Shown here in pieces: positions 26,950 through 40,800 of a DNA stretch of 64,000 nucleotides. The notes beneath the pieces are model-generated. The model was not told the DNA's origin. It did not search any database and saw only the letters and a list, made by a program, of their open reading frames with translations. The translations under genes and the position numbers were made by a program. This DNA is from Gnetum montanum (Eukaryota; Plantae; Gnetophyta): assembly GCA_015680685.1 (NCBI GenBank), contig MNCI01002733.1, forward strand, positions 1 to 64,000, in the 5' to 3' direction. Numbering within the stretch: the first letter of the stretch is position 1; each line of letters begins with the position of its first letter.

Positions 26950-27414
26950 TATGATATGGCATAATTGATTCCTTTGAGAATAGCCATGGCCTAGGCATTA
27001 GTGCAATAGAGAGTAGTACTTGCCCATGGCCACATCGAAGGACTCATGAGTTCCCTATTTCCATCCTTGGATTTTAATTCTCAAGATGAACACTTAAAAG
27101 TATGTTTGGTACTTGTTATTGAATAGTTCAAGCATTGTACTTCACCTCCAGTTTGATTCTAGTTCCAAGAATTGGTACCAACTTTTAGCTTCTTTGATGA
27201 GTGTCCTAGGGAGCAACTTTAATTTTCGCCATTCATTTTTCACATTTTGGAAGGTACAACCATCATGAAATGCTTGCAAGTGGTTTTGTGTATTTGAATT
27301 ACACCCCTTCTTAAACTTGGGGATAGTATTCATATCTAGCCATTTGATTTGACTATCTTTCATGTACCTTGTTAGGATCCTAACAACCTTTGCAATGTTT
27401 AACATGTTTCTCAT
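26950..27414 (-). pseudogene. Retrotransposon gag remnant (element B)
   Basis: IPKF...NHLQAFHDGC...KLKLLPRTLIKEAKSWYQFL is a gag capsid pattern. Homologous to the gag of element A. Confidence 0.85.
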
Positions 27415-28448
27415 TACTCATAGGGGTTCATCATAGTCATAATGATCTCAGTAGTTCCTTTCATGGCCATGATGTTTATGATGAGTTCTGTTGTTCCTTA
27501 TTTTTCTAGAATGATCATCTCCTTGCTACTCATGCCCATGATTTCTATGATTATGATGGGATCAATGATCATCCTAATCCCATCATTCACGTCCATCACA
27601 GTTCTAATCACTTCTATAGCTCAGATTGGAGTTGGAGGAGGATGATGATGAGGGAGATGAAGGCAAAAAGGAGGAAGAATGAGCACCAAAGTGATGCCTG
27701 CTACTCCCCCTTCTTTAGTCCCTATTTTGTTCACCATATTTGTCTTTTTCTTAGTGCTTGTCCTCATTTTCACCTTGTTTGCCTCCTTTCATGGCCCTTT
27801 GATTATGGGATCCCTTATTCCCAAAACCAAGGTTGGTTACAGTTGACTATATCCACAAGATAAGGGTTCCCTTATCAAATAGAGGAGGAGAATCAATGTA
27901 TTGAGAACTCCCAAAAAGAAAGTCATTACCTTCCTTGTGTATTTGTAGGAACAAGTGGGTATTTGAACTCCATGTTCTGATCTTTCTTTTTCTATGCCTC
28001 TATGGGATGATAAACCTAATAAACATGGTCTTGCAATTTATACTTCAAATTAAGTCTTGTAATGCCTAATTTGATGAGATTGTTGACCAGCATTACAAGA
28101 ACAGATTGTTCAGGATGCAACATGATGTTTACTTCCATGGTCCTCCATCATAATTGCTCATCCTGATGTAGGATGAATGTGAACTCTAGAGTATACTCAT
28201 CTAGATGAGTGTAGACCACTTTAAACTATTGGGGCATCGACGTCTTGTGGCCTTCTTATTTTTGCTAATTGCATTTGCTTACAAATAGTGGAGAGTTTTC
28301 CTTGCTAGGAGAAGCCATGTTAATTCATAAGAAAAATAATATGCATGTGTTATATTATTTTTCTTAATGATTTTAATTTTAGGGTTTGTTACAATGTTGT
28401 TGGATTTTTTTCACTAACTCCCTAGGTAATGCACATAGCTAACTAAAG

Positions 28449-28466
28449 TCCTTAGCAATGGCACCA
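28449..28466 (-). promoter_or_regulatory. Primer-binding site (tRNA-Asp type), decayed
   Basis: TGGTGCCATTGCTAAGGA vs Athila-type TGGCGCCGTTGCCGGGGA: 13/18, with all five mismatches C>T or G>A. Lies 1 nt from the LTR end. Confidence 0.85.
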
Positions 28467-28467
28467 A

Positions 28468-29308
28468 TGATGAGCTATGAGTATACCCTACACCCAACCA
28501 TACAAATTGCAAGAATTTGCATGAAATCTAGTCAAATTATATGGGCTGTAGTTCTTTAAATGCACATTATCTAGGTAGTGAAACTAAGGACATGATCATT
28601 TTCTTCTTAGTTCCACTTGTGTAAGTACAAGCTTATGGCTAAGTGTAACCAAGGCATATGATTTGTATCATTTTATATTTTTATCTAGTTTAAGCCCAAG
28701 TGTAAAATAGGATAATTAAGTATTCATTAATCTAACAAACTAAATAATTCCTTGAGTTATTTCCTAACACAAGTATCTGGTCCCACCTACTGTACACATC
28801 CTTAATGCATTATAATGTTTTTGGGCTACCAAGTGCTAACACTACTAAGATTACCAAGTATTAACATTATGCTCAAGGTGGTCATACTCATGTGTGTATT
28901 AATTAATCTTTTAATTAAATAAGGACATGGAAGTAAATTGCATAAACAGTAGAATGCATTAAAGTAAACATTAAGCTATTTTTAAATGCTACAAGGTATT
29001 CTAAGAAGTTTTTCATTATTGTTGCCACACCAAGATGTCCAAGTATATCAGTGCTCGAATAAGGATCTGTATAGTTCTTAACTCCTACTATGCGCACTTA
29101 GAAAATATTCTAATTATCACGGAAACAAACTACAAGAACTTCCTTAAGCTATTGACCAACTGATGCCATAAATGTAGTGGGTGTGCATATTTATATAGAT
29201 AGAAGTAGATGCAATGTTGATGCATATGCATCAATGAATTAGAGCATGCATTGATGGGTATACACTAATGGGGATGTGTCAACATACCCCACTGATGATG
29301 ATTCATCA
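28468..29308 (-). repeat. 5' LTR of element B
   Basis: TGATG...CATCA termini and an adjacent PBS. Homologous to 18856-19130 and 2916-3190. Confidence 0.85.
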
Positions 29309-30619
29309 ACTATGTTTTACTATTTGAGCTAGATATTAAATTTATGGAATGATTTTTTTCATAGGTAAATCTAAGAATTATGGAGATCATTAGTATTTTT
29401 GGGCCAAAAGGATTTCAATTGCAAACAATGGAAAGCCTATATTTTCATAAACCAAAGATCTCAAAACATGATAATGATATCTTGTTTGTGGGGAGGAGTC
29501 AAGGATTTTTACATTACATTCATTTAAACACTTTATGGTGCTATGATTTAGCAGCAAAAACAAGGATAGGATAGCATGCAGAATCACATGGAAATTCCTA
29601 TGGAATCGATCCAAATTGCAATTACAATTCTACAAGTTTTGTCAATATAAAGGGTTAAGAACCCTAAGCCTACACTAGTATATCAATTTCAAGAGATTAT
29701 TTCTTGGGGCCCAAACCCTACACCATTACAAATGGCATCATATACCCTATCAATACAACTCCATAAACTTATTCTAATTGCCAATTATAGTGAGTTAAGT
29801 GACTAAGGTGGTCCAAAAATGATGCAATATTAATGCTAAGGATAAAAAGTAGTTGCAGTTGAGTTGTTAGGATGCTCTAAAGAATTGACATGAAGGAACC
29901 TATTCCTTCACCCCAAAACAAAAATTCTCAACTATAATGTGATAACATACTAGTAGATTATGGTAGTCTTATGAAAAGTTGAATTTTATATGCTTATGTG
30001 AAACTAAAATTAGTGATGTAAATAGCATTGCTACTATTCATGGTCTTTTCCCTTAGTGTGGTTTCAATATTTATGGTTCATCTAGAAGTTCAAGTGGACT
30101 ATGAACAATTTGAAAATTTCATCTTATGGTCTCCTTTGGTCTCATTAGCATTCTCTCATCATCTAAATTACAAGAACATCGTACTAGATTTTCATTAATG
30201 TTTATGAGTCTCTCTATGTCAAATATTAAGCATTATATTAGGAAAAATTTTCATTAAAACTCCAAAACATTATTGTGGCCTATTCCTCATGCTTGTGAGA
30301 ATGTCTAGTAATAAGAATTAGAGTATTAAAAATAAAGGGCCATAATGAAATGACTACTTTATGGTAATGCATGTACAAGATAGTTTTTATCAATATGTAT
30401 CAGTATGTCATTTAAAATCATGAATTATTCAATCAAAATAAGATGATGGTATTATCACTTTAGGTCAAGATTAAATTTCCATCATTGCAGTAAATTTATT
30501 TTATGATTTATTCGGAAAAAAAATAAATCCTAGGAAAAAGAGGCATTAAAAGAGATCATTAAAGTAATTGATTCTAAACTCACACCATACAATATTCAAT
30601 TACTTATTATTGCATTAAT

Positions 30620-31100
30620 AATAGTGGAGGTCTAAGATACCATAAAAAGTATGACCAATAATAAGGCACTAGGCTCAAATGGATTTCCAATTAAATTTTT
30701 CAAAAAAGTATGACACATTTTTTGTAGAGATTTATTTAACATTGTCCTTGTGTTTTAGAGGTTGAGTTGTATCTTGAGTAAATTCAATGTCACATGGATT
30801 TCTTTATAGCCAAAGAAGGTTGAACCATGTAATATCAAAATTTTTTAATCCCATTAGCTTATGCAACATAATAAATCCAAATTTATGGCAAATCAAGAAA
30901 TCAAGACTCTACAATCTATTATTGTACTTGATCAAGCTAGTTTTGCATCTAGCAAATACTTTTAAATCAATATTTTCTCACCCAAGAAATTCGCTATTTA
31001 GTCCATCTCTAGAAGACACCCAATGTAGCTATCAAATTAGATATAAGCATAGCCTATGATATAAAATTAGATACATCTGAGCTTACATAGAGATAAAAAA
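30620..31100 (+). mobile_element. L1-type LINE RT N-terminal remnant
   Basis: NNKALGSNGFPIKFF (KAPGPDGF), SKFNVTWISL*PK (N.T.I.LIPK) and PISLCNII. Confidence 0.75.
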
Positions 31101-31515
31101 TTACCATTGGATGCCTTATCAATTTGTTTAGTTAGTATGTGTTCTATTAGGCTTTACTTTTTATTTTTTTCTTGATATTTTTTCTATTGTTATCTCAATT
31201 ACAATTTCTAATCTTTTCTTTTTCTTGGCTTGCTTCATGTAAGAATTTTTGTTACTTGATGTACCCTAATCACTATAGACTTTAGTTTACCTTTTCATAA
31301 AAAATTATTCATACAAATAATAAAATTTAAGGAAAGCTTTGTATGTGTTATTTAACTTAGTAGTGTTGGTTCTAGGTCATTATACAAAAAAACATGTGTT
31401 GTATTGATATTTTATTTTAAAAAATACTAGTACTAATAATAATATTTTATTATTTCTGTGTAGATACAAAGTGAAACACCACCAAAATTTGCATGTTGTA
31501 TTTATTTTTTCATTA

Positions 31516-32791
31516 TGTAACCTTCTCTCCATGAAACCCGAGGTACGAACATCATTGTAAATGTGAATATTATATCCATGAAAGGGAAATTTCACATTCT
31601 TTAGGCTTCTGGGGTTGAAAAATGCCTCATAAGTGGTTAAAGCCTCATCCTCCAAGTGGAAAAGGCTATGTAATGTCTATACTTAGGCTTTTGGGGGGAT
31701 GGGGGGTGGGTGGTTTGTCCAAAATGCCTTTTGGGATGCCATAAATGGCAATTTGATGGGTTTTATGGGGGGTGCATAATTTTATACACTGGAGATACCA
31801 ATTGGCAAGTAGATCTCATGCACTCCCAGCATGGAGGGGTGTAGGATCAACAATGTCAACTGTCAAGGGGTATAACATTTCCCCAGCATTGACACTCCAT
31901 CCCCCCAACATTGATGTACCTTCCCCCTAGTGTTGATGTACCTTCCCCCCTATCTATGACACTTTCCATAGATAGTAACCCTCGAATTTGGGCATCCATC
32001 TAACCTAAACGTAGTAGAAATTTGCAGTAGTTTTGTAGTCCAATTTGTAGCAATTTAGTAGCATTTGTTGCTAAATTAGTGGCCCAAAACCCTATAAAAC
32101 CAAACATCCAACACCATGTATAGATTCCACAATGTTTGCAACTACACCCCCTTGGCATTTCAAGCATTCTTACATCCAAGAGCACTTGCACACTTTGCAA
32201 TCATGTTGCTTCTTGGATCATCCCAATGTGGAAGCCCTATTTACCTTGTAACTATTATTATCCCCCTTGAGATTTGTGATATTTTAGGTGTCTACATTAA
32301 GCATTTGGAAATCACATCTCCCAATTTTGCTCACATTTGTAGCCTAAAAGCATAGATAACATTGTAGATCTATGGAAGTAGCAAAGGTTTGATAGCATCA
32401 AGAGTGGTAGAACATCTAGATCATGGAGTTGATTACATCAGCTTCAATGAACTCTGAGCCCTTGCACAAGTGAATTCCCCTGCTCTTCTCTCAAGAACAT
32501 TTTTTTATATAATCTCTAAATTCTCTTTTTTTATTTTGTGAAATAAATTTTACAATTTTGGTTTATGTATGAATTAGATCTATTATTTATTTTTAGTGCA
32601 TTCACATTTTTAGATCTACAATCATATTTTCATTTTATTACCTTATTTTTCCCTCCTTAAGTCCCTGGGTGATCTACTAGACTAGGCAAGGTACCCTGAA
32701 TTCCATTTTTTAGAGGCCCTACAAATTCAAGATTTAAGCTATTGCATTAGGATTTTTGATTTTCTACCAACTAAATTTTCTAGTCTCTATA
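31516..32791 (+). repeat. Putative 5' LTR of the Tat/Ogre-like element
   Basis: Starts TGTAAC, has CCCTATAAAA at ~32090 and ends just before a PBS-like motif. The first ~180 bp are homologous to 61175 onward. Confidence 0.65.
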
Positions 32792-32797
32792 GTTTTA

Positions 32798-32815
32798 TGG
32801 TGCTCTAAGGAGGGC
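32798..32815 (+). promoter_or_regulatory. Putative PBS (tRNA-Asn type)
   Basis: TGGTGCTCTAAGGAGGGC vs TGGCGCTAGAAGGAGGGG (complement of the plant tRNA-Asn 3' end, from memory): 14/18. Confidence 0.55.
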
Positions 32816-34539
32816 CTCCACCTAATTTCTGTAATTGAATTAGCTTACCCCATTGCCAACATTGTATATTAGTTTAAAATCTTTGATATTTCAGCAAAAA
32901 CCTTGAATCTACACCAAAATCAATTCTTTAATCCATCCCTCTTTATCCCACAAACCTAACATGAGTGTTGTAGGTGTTTGGATTTTGAAAGTTTTACAAT
33001 GGTTGTTGTTAAATTCCAAAGCCAACATTTGGTTTCTGGTCCCATTCATACCCCCTTGGCTACCAAAATTTTCTCAATTTTCTAGCATTGGTGGATTTAA
33101 AAATCAAATCTCCATCCCCCATTTCTATGAAAATTGATAGCTTTCCAAAGCCATCTTTGTGTGAAAAATCAAGGTTTTCAACCCTTCCCCCTACTCCAAT
33201 GTTAAAAGAAAAAGGTGTAATCCCCTCCATCTTACCACCTTTCTTTCCCTCCCTTGCTACACCCTAGCCTAGGTGTAGCTAAGAAGCTAAGAGTAGGTGA
33301 TACCACACCTTGATACATTTAGTAAAGGGGTATACCCCCTCTGATAACCCTCTTACTATTTATAATAAGGAACTTGTTTACAGCCATTTTTTCCTTTTTT
33401 AGTCTTTTTCAAATTCCACTTGCTAGAATTTACATTTTTATCCAACATTTTGTAACATTTTAAAGCCATTTTTAGTGTCATAACCATGTCTTTCCAATAG
33501 TTGATCAAGTTGCCCTTTGATTTCACCAATAGTTGGTCCAACCAACAAGCCGTGAGGATATATGATCCCAAGGATCCTACTATAGCTAAATGCAAAAAAA
33601 GTTTGAGACTTAGGGGAAAATAGCCCTAAGCTCTTAGTGATAAATGAAGAGAACTACAACTTCACTTTTTGCCAATATCTAGGCTAGCATGATGATTCCA
33701 TGACATGAAGCATAAGCTAAGAGGAAGTGTGAGCTTATACATTGCATTGGGAAGTGGCATATTCCCTCTTAATATGAAAAAATATCCCTCATGAAATCTA
33801 TTAGCTCATCTAATTGAGATGGAAAAAATGGATAAGAAGGCTACCTTGGATGGGTAGCCAAAGGAGGAATCATGGAATCTGAACCCAAAAACATCTTGGT
33901 TGTGCTTTTCTAACAAGTCACCCCTAAGACAATAAGACCTAACTCCACCCCCTTCACCTCTTTCATAGGGAATGTCCCACCACCTTCATCCCCACCTTAC
34001 CCAACTATATTCAATCCCATACCATTTGTAGCTATCCACCAAGCACAATCAGTGTCATACTCTACCACCTTCCATTTCTTAATGCCTTTAGCCACTTAGC
34101 CTTGGTCAATGTGATCATCATTGGTGGTGGTTACAACCTTCAATCCTTTAATAATCCAAATGGGATCCACCATGGAATCTCAAGTAGCATAAGGAACACA
34201 TACCCTCTTCATCTCGTTTATGCCTTAGATATCAACACAAACATCATTCTCTTTGTTTAGCCCACCTACCACTACTATTGTAATGCAACCCCTCCTCTCT
34301 GTCCCACAACCAATAGTGAGGCCACATGTCTCCTAGCAAACACTGCATCCTTTTGTATAGACCCCATAGCCTAAAAGGGCATCCCAATGCCTAGATCAAG
34401 CCTTCCAAATGATCCATAACTTGATGAAGAAGTTGAAGAGGTTCAGAGCCTCTACATCATAAAGCGTCAAGGTCATGAACTTTTACTAGGATGATCCCAT
34501 AAATCCTATGATCCCACTCTTTATGCTTCCTCTTGGTGT

Positions 34540-35560
34540 TCCTATTCTCTAATTTACAAAGTATAATGATGAGGGTGATCCCAATACTTACCTTATAACC
34601 TTTTGTTCAGAGTACCTATTATTATAGGCTTGGTCACATACAATTACAAGAATTTTCCATATGTTCTTGATTAAGAAAGCACTTGACTAGTACCATGCTC
34701 AACCTAGAGGATCTATATCCACTCTTGGGAACCTAATAGCCCAATTCATTAACTACTTTAAGTACAACTTGAATCCCAACACTATCATTGACCAACTAAT
34801 GAAGGTCAAGCAGGGACCCCTCAAACTAGTGTAGAAGTTCATCTAATGATGGAATACTCTAATAAATGAGATACCATAGCCTATAGCCAAAACCCAACTT
34901 TTGGCTATATTCAAATAGACAATAAATGATTTTATTAAATCTAAGCTATACTAGCTTGACCAACAGTCACTTAGTTAACCCTTCTCTTAGACAAAAGACA
35001 TAGAGGATGCTATATAGGCTAATCATGACTCTACCTACATGGCATACAAAAATCAACATACATGAAGGGACAAGGAGAGGGACAAGTAGAACAATGTGAT
35101 GGTGGCAACCACAATGAAAGAAGCCAAAATAATAAACAAGGGGCCAAGGGCCAATCCATCCAAAGGCCATGCTAATAATCAAGATAATCAATCATTGATC
35201 TCTAGGGCCACTACATTGACCACAACTAAACCAAACTTTGTGTGAAAGAACAAGTCCAAATACACTAGGTTGTCATTGAAGTTATCCAAACTATTAGATC
35301 AATTGTTGAAGAGTGGGTGTATCCAATATAAGTAGATGACTGAGGCTTCTTGAAAGAAGCATGAGAGGCTATGCAAAATAGCCAAGGATCCTACTTGAGT
35401 GAAAAAGGATGACCCACAACTACCTAAATATTTTAAGCTTGACCACTTTTTCCATTATCATCAATTACCTAATCATGACACTAACTTCTACCTCAAGTTG
35501 AAGGATGACCTACAAAAGATGATAGATAGGGGAGAGTTGGTCCTAGATGCATCTAATCCT
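34540..35560 (+). pseudogene. Tat/Ogre gag remnant with decayed zinc knuckle
   Basis: FTKYNDEGDPNTYL...ALD*YHAQPRGSIST...LMKVKQG, and FFHYHQLPNHDTNFYLKLKDDLQKMIDRGEL. Confidence 0.85.
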
Positions 35561-36429
35561 ATTTGACCAAAAAATTAATCAATGTAAGTGTACGAGAACC
35601 TATTGAATGCTAATAATAGTGCATAAGTTATATTAGCATTCAACATCAATGATAATCAAAGACCTACAAGGGAACCATTCATGATTCGAATATCCCCTCA
35701 TGATGAAAGGGCCTTTTTAGCTTTCACTAGCTCAAGACTTCTTTTGTTGTGAAAGTACCATTGTGAATGCCTCCAAGGAAACCTTTCATTATTAGGGTGC
35801 CTAAACCCACTACAACTAAAAATTGGCCTCCTATGGTGGCCAATGCTACAAATTCTTCCTCTCAAATAATCAATAATGACCAGAACGTCTCAACTAGGCA
35901 AAGAAAGAAGCTTAAGGGAAATCCCAACAATAAGGATGACAAGCAGGCCAAGTCATAGAAGGAAGTGGACCTACCAAAGTCCACTCCTATATCCTCAGTG
36001 CCCATGAATGTCACAACCCAGGCTACTTCTACAAGAAAACCATGAGAGAACTCTAAGGGCCAAGAGAAGGAGAAAGAGAAATGGCCACAACTACCTAAGG
36101 TTAAAGTATTCATTTTGGGGTGCATGAAGGAAGTAAAGCACAACTAGGATGACAAGTTCATGGCCAACAACAAAGGCTTTATCAATGCAATGGAGCAAGT
36201 TAAGTAGTCTCTCAAAGAGAAGAACATAACCTTGAGCTTATACAACTTAATTATGGCTTTCGCTACACATCATGAGGTGCTAGGAAAAATGTTAACTTAC
36301 ATTTCCATTAATGAGGACATCTCTTCTAACAAAGAATCCATCCATGTAGTTATGGTTCCTTCTTCATCAAGGAAGAAGAAGTCAACATTATTAGTATTTT
36401 GTGATAGTGAAATCAAGACCAATCCTCAA

Positions 36430-36820
36430 AATGGCAAGGTAACTAGGGCTTATCTTTTTATCACCATACAAGTAGGCCAATATAAGGTGCATCAAGTGCA
36501 CGTAGATGATGGGGCTACAATTAATGTTATCCCATGCACTATCATGGAGTGCCTAGGCTTGATAGAGTAGATACAACATACAGTAATTGTAGCTCTCAAG
36601 TTCTTTAATAGATTATAGGTTGCTATCAAGGGGTAAATCTCCTTAGACTTTATGGCAGGGAAGTAATTCCCCATAACTATGTATTTCTTGGTGGTGGAGG
36701 AAATACTAGGATTCAACATTATCCTAGGAAAATTTTGGTTGGCTTAACTATAAGACATATTTTCATCCATTCATCAAGAGATTCACCTTCCTTATGAGGA
36801 AGGTGAAATCATCATTCATG
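36430..36820 (+). pseudogene. Tat/Ogre aspartic protease remnant
   Basis: VHQVHVDDGATINVIP and FNIILGKFW...SSIHQ (canonical LLLGRPW...STLHQ). Confidence 0.85.
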
Positions 36821-37349
36821 GTGATAACATGGTTTCCCTGGTGGTCAACAACATGAATATAGAGTAGGGGTCTAAAGTGGAGTTTTAGGAAGAATCTTCC
36901 GACCACAAAGTCAAGCAACCTAAGAGAGAAAAAAAAAGCCAAAGATGTTAACAATGGATGATGGGACATGATATGGGACAAACTTTCCTTTAACATCATT
37001 AGTAAAGGAAATGGTGAGGATAGACTAGTGTAGAATAGGCCTTATACATTTCCTAATCTTTCCAAGATTAGGAAAAACTTGCATAGGTGATGTACATCCT
37101 TGATCCTTCCACCCCATGCCCTTATGACAATGTAACCATATGTATTAATAGCCTTTTAGCCTAAATTTTCTTTGTTGACCTATTGTGCCTTTTTATACAT
37201 TTTATTTTAATTTTTTAATCCATGTAGCTTAGGGATTTACTTTTATTTACATTTGTATTTATTAAAGCCTTTTCCTTCAAAACTAGAAAACCGATAAAAA
37301 ATTTAAAATAGAAAATCACCAAAAATATAAGTTTCCTTTCAACATGGAC

Positions 37350-37500
37350 CCATCATGGCCTAAAAATAGCAAAACCCATAGCCTATCTAGGCCTTAAACT
37401 AGTGTCATGATCTACTAAGACCTTAAACTAGCACTGCAGCCTATCATGACCTTAAACCAGTGATAAACATACAACCCACCATGGACTAAAACTAGCAAGC
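37350..37500 (+). repeat. ~28-bp subrepeat array (ATGGCCYACYAAGGCCTTAAACTAGTAGC-like)
   Basis: The same unit, in the same orientation, recurs at ~46310-46350, ~46615-46680 and ~49540-49770. Confidence 0.8.
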
Positions 37501-37829
37501 AACCCTTCTCTTATAACTATTTATATTCTTATAGTTTAGCCATTTCTAACATAGCCAACATAGTCATTTTCATTTATAATGTTTATAACCTTTAAAACCT
37601 TGAAAGTAGTAAAGCCATCAAACACATATTTACCAAACTTAAAAATAGTATACTTGATATTTAAAATGTCTAAACATACATAGCCATGGCCACATAGTGT
37701 GGTGAAAATGTTAAAATAATAAAATGAGTATAAAATGTCTACAACTAAAACATTGTTCATACAAAATGCATCAACAAACTAAACAAAAACTAATAGCAAG
37801 TGCTATCATATCAAGCACTTGGTGTGCTA

Positions 37830-40800
37830 AGGGGCATCTAGAGGAGGAGGAGGAGGGTCATCATCTTTGCCTTAACCACTAAGGCTACCAACATTGCCTA
37901 ATGCTTGCGACACACAAACATAAAACTAATCAATGGTTAATAGCCAAAAGCTATAACTTAAATAAATTCAAAATTAAGATAAAGACATAAAAATCATCAA
38001 ACTTGTAGGGAATCCAACTCCATGAATTTCAAGGAAAGATGTTAAAGACCAATCTCCAAATGTTGGAGAATATGGTCTTCTATCATGTTGGCCCAGTCAA
38101 CATCTCCAAAATTAATACTTGTGAGGATGTTTGTCCTATCCACACCCATAAATGTTGGTGACTCCAATAAGATTGTAGCTATAAAGACCTCATTTTTAGC
38201 CATAGTAATCTAAGGAGAAGAGGATTCAGCTACCATGAGAGTGCTTTTATAGAGTTTGTAAGTATTCTCAACCTAAATTCTCTAAATGAATAGGTCCATC
38301 TTATATCGTTTAGTCATATCCTTCTTTAGCCACTTTAAGTATGCCTCTTGATTAGCCTTATACTACCTCTTATGATCTTTTTGTGTCCAACCCTAGTCTA
38401 GGACCCAAGAATAACAATCCTTATAGTCTTGGACCTTTTGGAAGATTAGATTCATATACATCTACTACTCAACTAGCTCCCTAGCAAGGGAAAACTTGTC
38501 ATGGATGCTATGCCAGTAGCAGGCCCACATGATCTCTTTGGTTTGTAGGTTCTCTAAGTTAGTTACTAGGGCATCCACAAAGGCCTTATGGTACTTAAGA
38601 TCCTTGATCCTCTCAACTTACCTTTTAATTTCCTTTCTAAAGGTCATAACTTACTCCCATAGGGTATTCATTGAACCTTTGAAGCTCCCATGAATTTTTT
38701 ACACATGAAACTACAAGATTAGTGGTGTTTTCATATAACTTTAGGAGGACATTTTAAGTATTGGGAGGAAGCTTAGGCAAGGATTCAAACTCCATGTTGT
38801 AGTTTGGGTTCCACATAATTGATGGCACTGAAAATGACAAGTATAATCATAAACACAATGAACAACTAAGATAGCCATAACATAACCCAAATATACCTCT
38901 AAAAACCATAGAAAAATGACTAAGTCATAGTAAAATGTAGTTCTTACTAATCTCAAGTGCAACGTATTGCAATCGATAAATGATGTCTTTTGCCACTCCA
39001 CACATGAATTATATCTTGTCTAGGACCTCTACCCATGGCTTCACATAAAACATGGATGTAGAGGCCTCCACTAGTGGCTCAAGAACTATAATAAGCATCA
39101 TAATTATCAATAGGTTAAAATGAAGACCAAGCATAAGACCATAGGCTATAATGAGTAGAGCTAAGGCATAGGCATATAGGAATCCTCATCCTCATCAAGG
39201 ATGATGACTAAGGGCTCCCTGGGTAGTGGCTCATCAAACAAGATGTCTAGCTCATCAAACAAGATGTCTAGATCATCCATGTCAACATTGGCCAACCCTT
39301 CAACCTCATGTTGCTATAAGAGTATGTCATCTGCATGCCTTTGTTCCTCTACTGCTACTATAGTCACATGCCTTTGCTCCTCAAAAACATGTCTATGCTT
39401 CTTCTACACATGCCTATACTCTTCTTCCATAGTGTTAGCTTAAGCTACCATCTCTTGTAGCTAATCTATAACCATAACCCATTAGACAAGTTAGCAAATT
39501 TAGCCATAAGATATAGAACATAACATAGTAAAAAACATTGAAAATATAGCTAAAGTTACTTGAAATTACCTGATGTGATCAATTGAGCCTAAAGAGGATC
39601 TTCTACTTGGTGGGTGGTTGTGATGATGATGGTGCTTTCATTGTGGGCCATTTCAACTTGGCCTTAGCTAACTCATTAGCCTCACAATGCAAATTTTAGG
39701 CCTTCTTGATGTCCAATGGAATTATCAAGGGCTCCTCCCTCAGGTTGTTATGGGATTCACACTACTTACCACCAAATCCTTTGGTGGTAATAGATAGCAA
39801 GTCTCTCTTGTTCTTTAGTGGATTATGAGCTTACATAGTTCAATAAAGATGCTTTATCCAAGGCCTAGAGAGTTGGTTTGGATCTTGGCTTACCCATTGC
39901 CCATTCCTACTCACCACCAAGAACTCTACAAATCTCTTCAAATAACCTATAGGAAAGACATAATGCATGTGGATTATCATAGAGGTGCCTTTGTAGAGTT
40001 TGGGGATTTCCTCCTTGAGGCCCATAGCCAAGGAAGCAACCTAGTTGAAATGAGTATCCTCCATCAAGACCTTCTTGACAGTCCATCCCTGTGCGATACC
40101 AATTACCCTCTTTTATGAAAATAGTTTAGGAAAGGTGCAGGATCAGAATAAAGGATAAGATTCATTTTCTTAAAGATTCATGAAGCCATCCAAGGTAAGT
40201 CTAGAGTTTTACTTGTTCATACTAGACCATTTCTCAACTTCCTCATGATGGCAGACCTCCTTCACTTGTTTGATAGCAACTATCATCCTGTAAGTGGGAA
40301 CACTAAACAAGTTATGGAAGGTTGTCTCACTAATGGAAATGGTAATTGATATGCCTTATACAATGGTATGAAAAATATTGGCTCCTATGTTGAAGGAGTT
40401 GATGATGTTCAGCTTCTTTGTGAAAGGGATGGAAGGGCTAGACAACATGAATACATTAAGCAAATCTACAAGTATAGTGTTTGTTTGGATGTTTCCAAAT
40501 ACCATCCTCCTCAACCACTCATGTACTAGCCCCACATCACCAAATTTTAGGATGAGGGTATTTGCAGAGCATCTGGAAAGGGATACAGTAACATTAGAAG
40601 GAGTGAAAGGACTTGCAAGAAAATGATAAATTCCTAGAATCAGTATAGGTATGCTTAAACCATATATTAAGATCATATGACACTTAAGAATCCAATAGCT
40701 ATAAAGCCTTATGTATAACATAGAAAACCATTCTTATTCTCACCTTTCTTCTTCTTACTCAGTGAAGATCATGCAAGGATCTTGGTGGCAATGCCTTTAT

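Larger units (their letters stand above)
18856..29308 (-). mobile_element. Non-autonomous Athila-like element B (5' LTR, PBS, gag, protease, env-like ORF, PPT, truncated 3' LTR)
   Basis: 5' LTR at 28468-29308. The partial 3' LTR at 18856-19130 matches ~29035-29308. PPT-like TCGTGGGGGTA at ~19131-19141 (minus). No RT, RNase H or integrase motifs found. Confidence 0.85.
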
